Under the pieces are notes generated by a model. That model worked only from the letters and a program-made list of their open reading frames with translations, searched no databases and had not been told where the DNA came from. DNA of 64,000 bases from the NCBI GenBank assembly GCA_965202585.1, contig OZ241828.1, positions 37,448,001 to 37,512,000 of the forward strand. The letters run 5' to 3'. Shown here piece after piece: positions 63,771 through 64,000 of the stretch (position 1 is the first letter of the stretch; each line of letters opens with the position of its first letter). Both the position numbers and the translations under genes were made by a program. Origin of the DNA: Thalia democratica. Taxonomy: Eukaryota.

Positions 63771-64000
63771 TTGTTTATTGAACGATAAAAGTTTGGTCTA
63801 AGGACCTAGTGTACAAAGGAACCTTTCGGTTATCGAGTCGTACACCACATGCTTATAAAGTTTCTTACGAGCTATTACACATAGTTTTTTCATCTTTTTA
63901 ATATTTAGATCTTTAGTTATGAACAATCAATTAAACGAAAAGAAAAATGAAAAAAATTAAAACTAGACGAAAATTAACTGTATTTTGTGTTTAAAAATGT
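63771..64000 (+). repeat. Dispersed repeat family R1, long copy running to the window edge
   Basis: Matches the reverse complement of 9913-10158. Confidence 0.85.

Noticed and set aside
1-64000. Window-wide enrichment of WGATAR, TCF (ATCAAAG) or AATAAA motifs, (TA)n runs and short tandem duplications (e.g. about 8150, 16960, 38850)
   Set aside because: These AT-rich words are frequent by chance at this base composition; only locally dense or paralog-conserved instances were kept.
1-64000. CRISPR arrays, tRNA/rRNA genes, prokaryotic operons or a hammerhead ribozyme in R1
   Set aside because: No repeat-spacer array, cloverleaf, rRNA-like sequence or CUGAUGA/GAAA hammerhead core was found; the sequence is intron-containing eukaryotic DNA.

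Overview
Very AT-rich eukaryotic genomic DNA from an invertebrate. A tunicate or other basal chordate is my guess from gene-family content and intron positions, and it is not proven. The centre holds an intact, GC-rich, two-zinc-finger GATA1/2/3-class gene on the + strand: coding exons 26033-26291, 31267-32049, 32468-32610, 32828-32953 and 34538-34903, with a probable extra terminal exon at 35933-35975. The gene sits among non-coding GC-richer islands spread over about 15-55 kb. The most striking observation is that four of these islands, upstream of the gene or in intron 1 (about 19.2, 28.5, 29.4 and 30.6 kb), have homologous copies downstream in inverted orientation and strictly mirrored order (about 54.4, 51.0, 50.7 and 50.3 kb). 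This looks like an old inverted duplication of the GATA regulatory region that kept regulatory modules but has no recognisable exons. One pair is 165/169 nt identical; the others keep motif blocks with diverged spacers. Other features: a near-perfect 570-bp palindrome (48484-49053), a cluster of 9 GATC sites in 249 bp (45346-45594), a candidate internal TATA-Inr promoter, and a stop codon overlapping a splice donor that implies alternative C-termini. The flanks contain a disrupted signal-peptide/Sushi/C-type-lectin gene, an unassigned 3-exon gene, a decayed BTB-BACK-Kelch pseudogene, an intronless frameshifted eIF2B-epsilon copy, hAT- and Mutator-type MITEs, and a dispersed repeat family. All alignments and translations were done by eye; no database searches were run.
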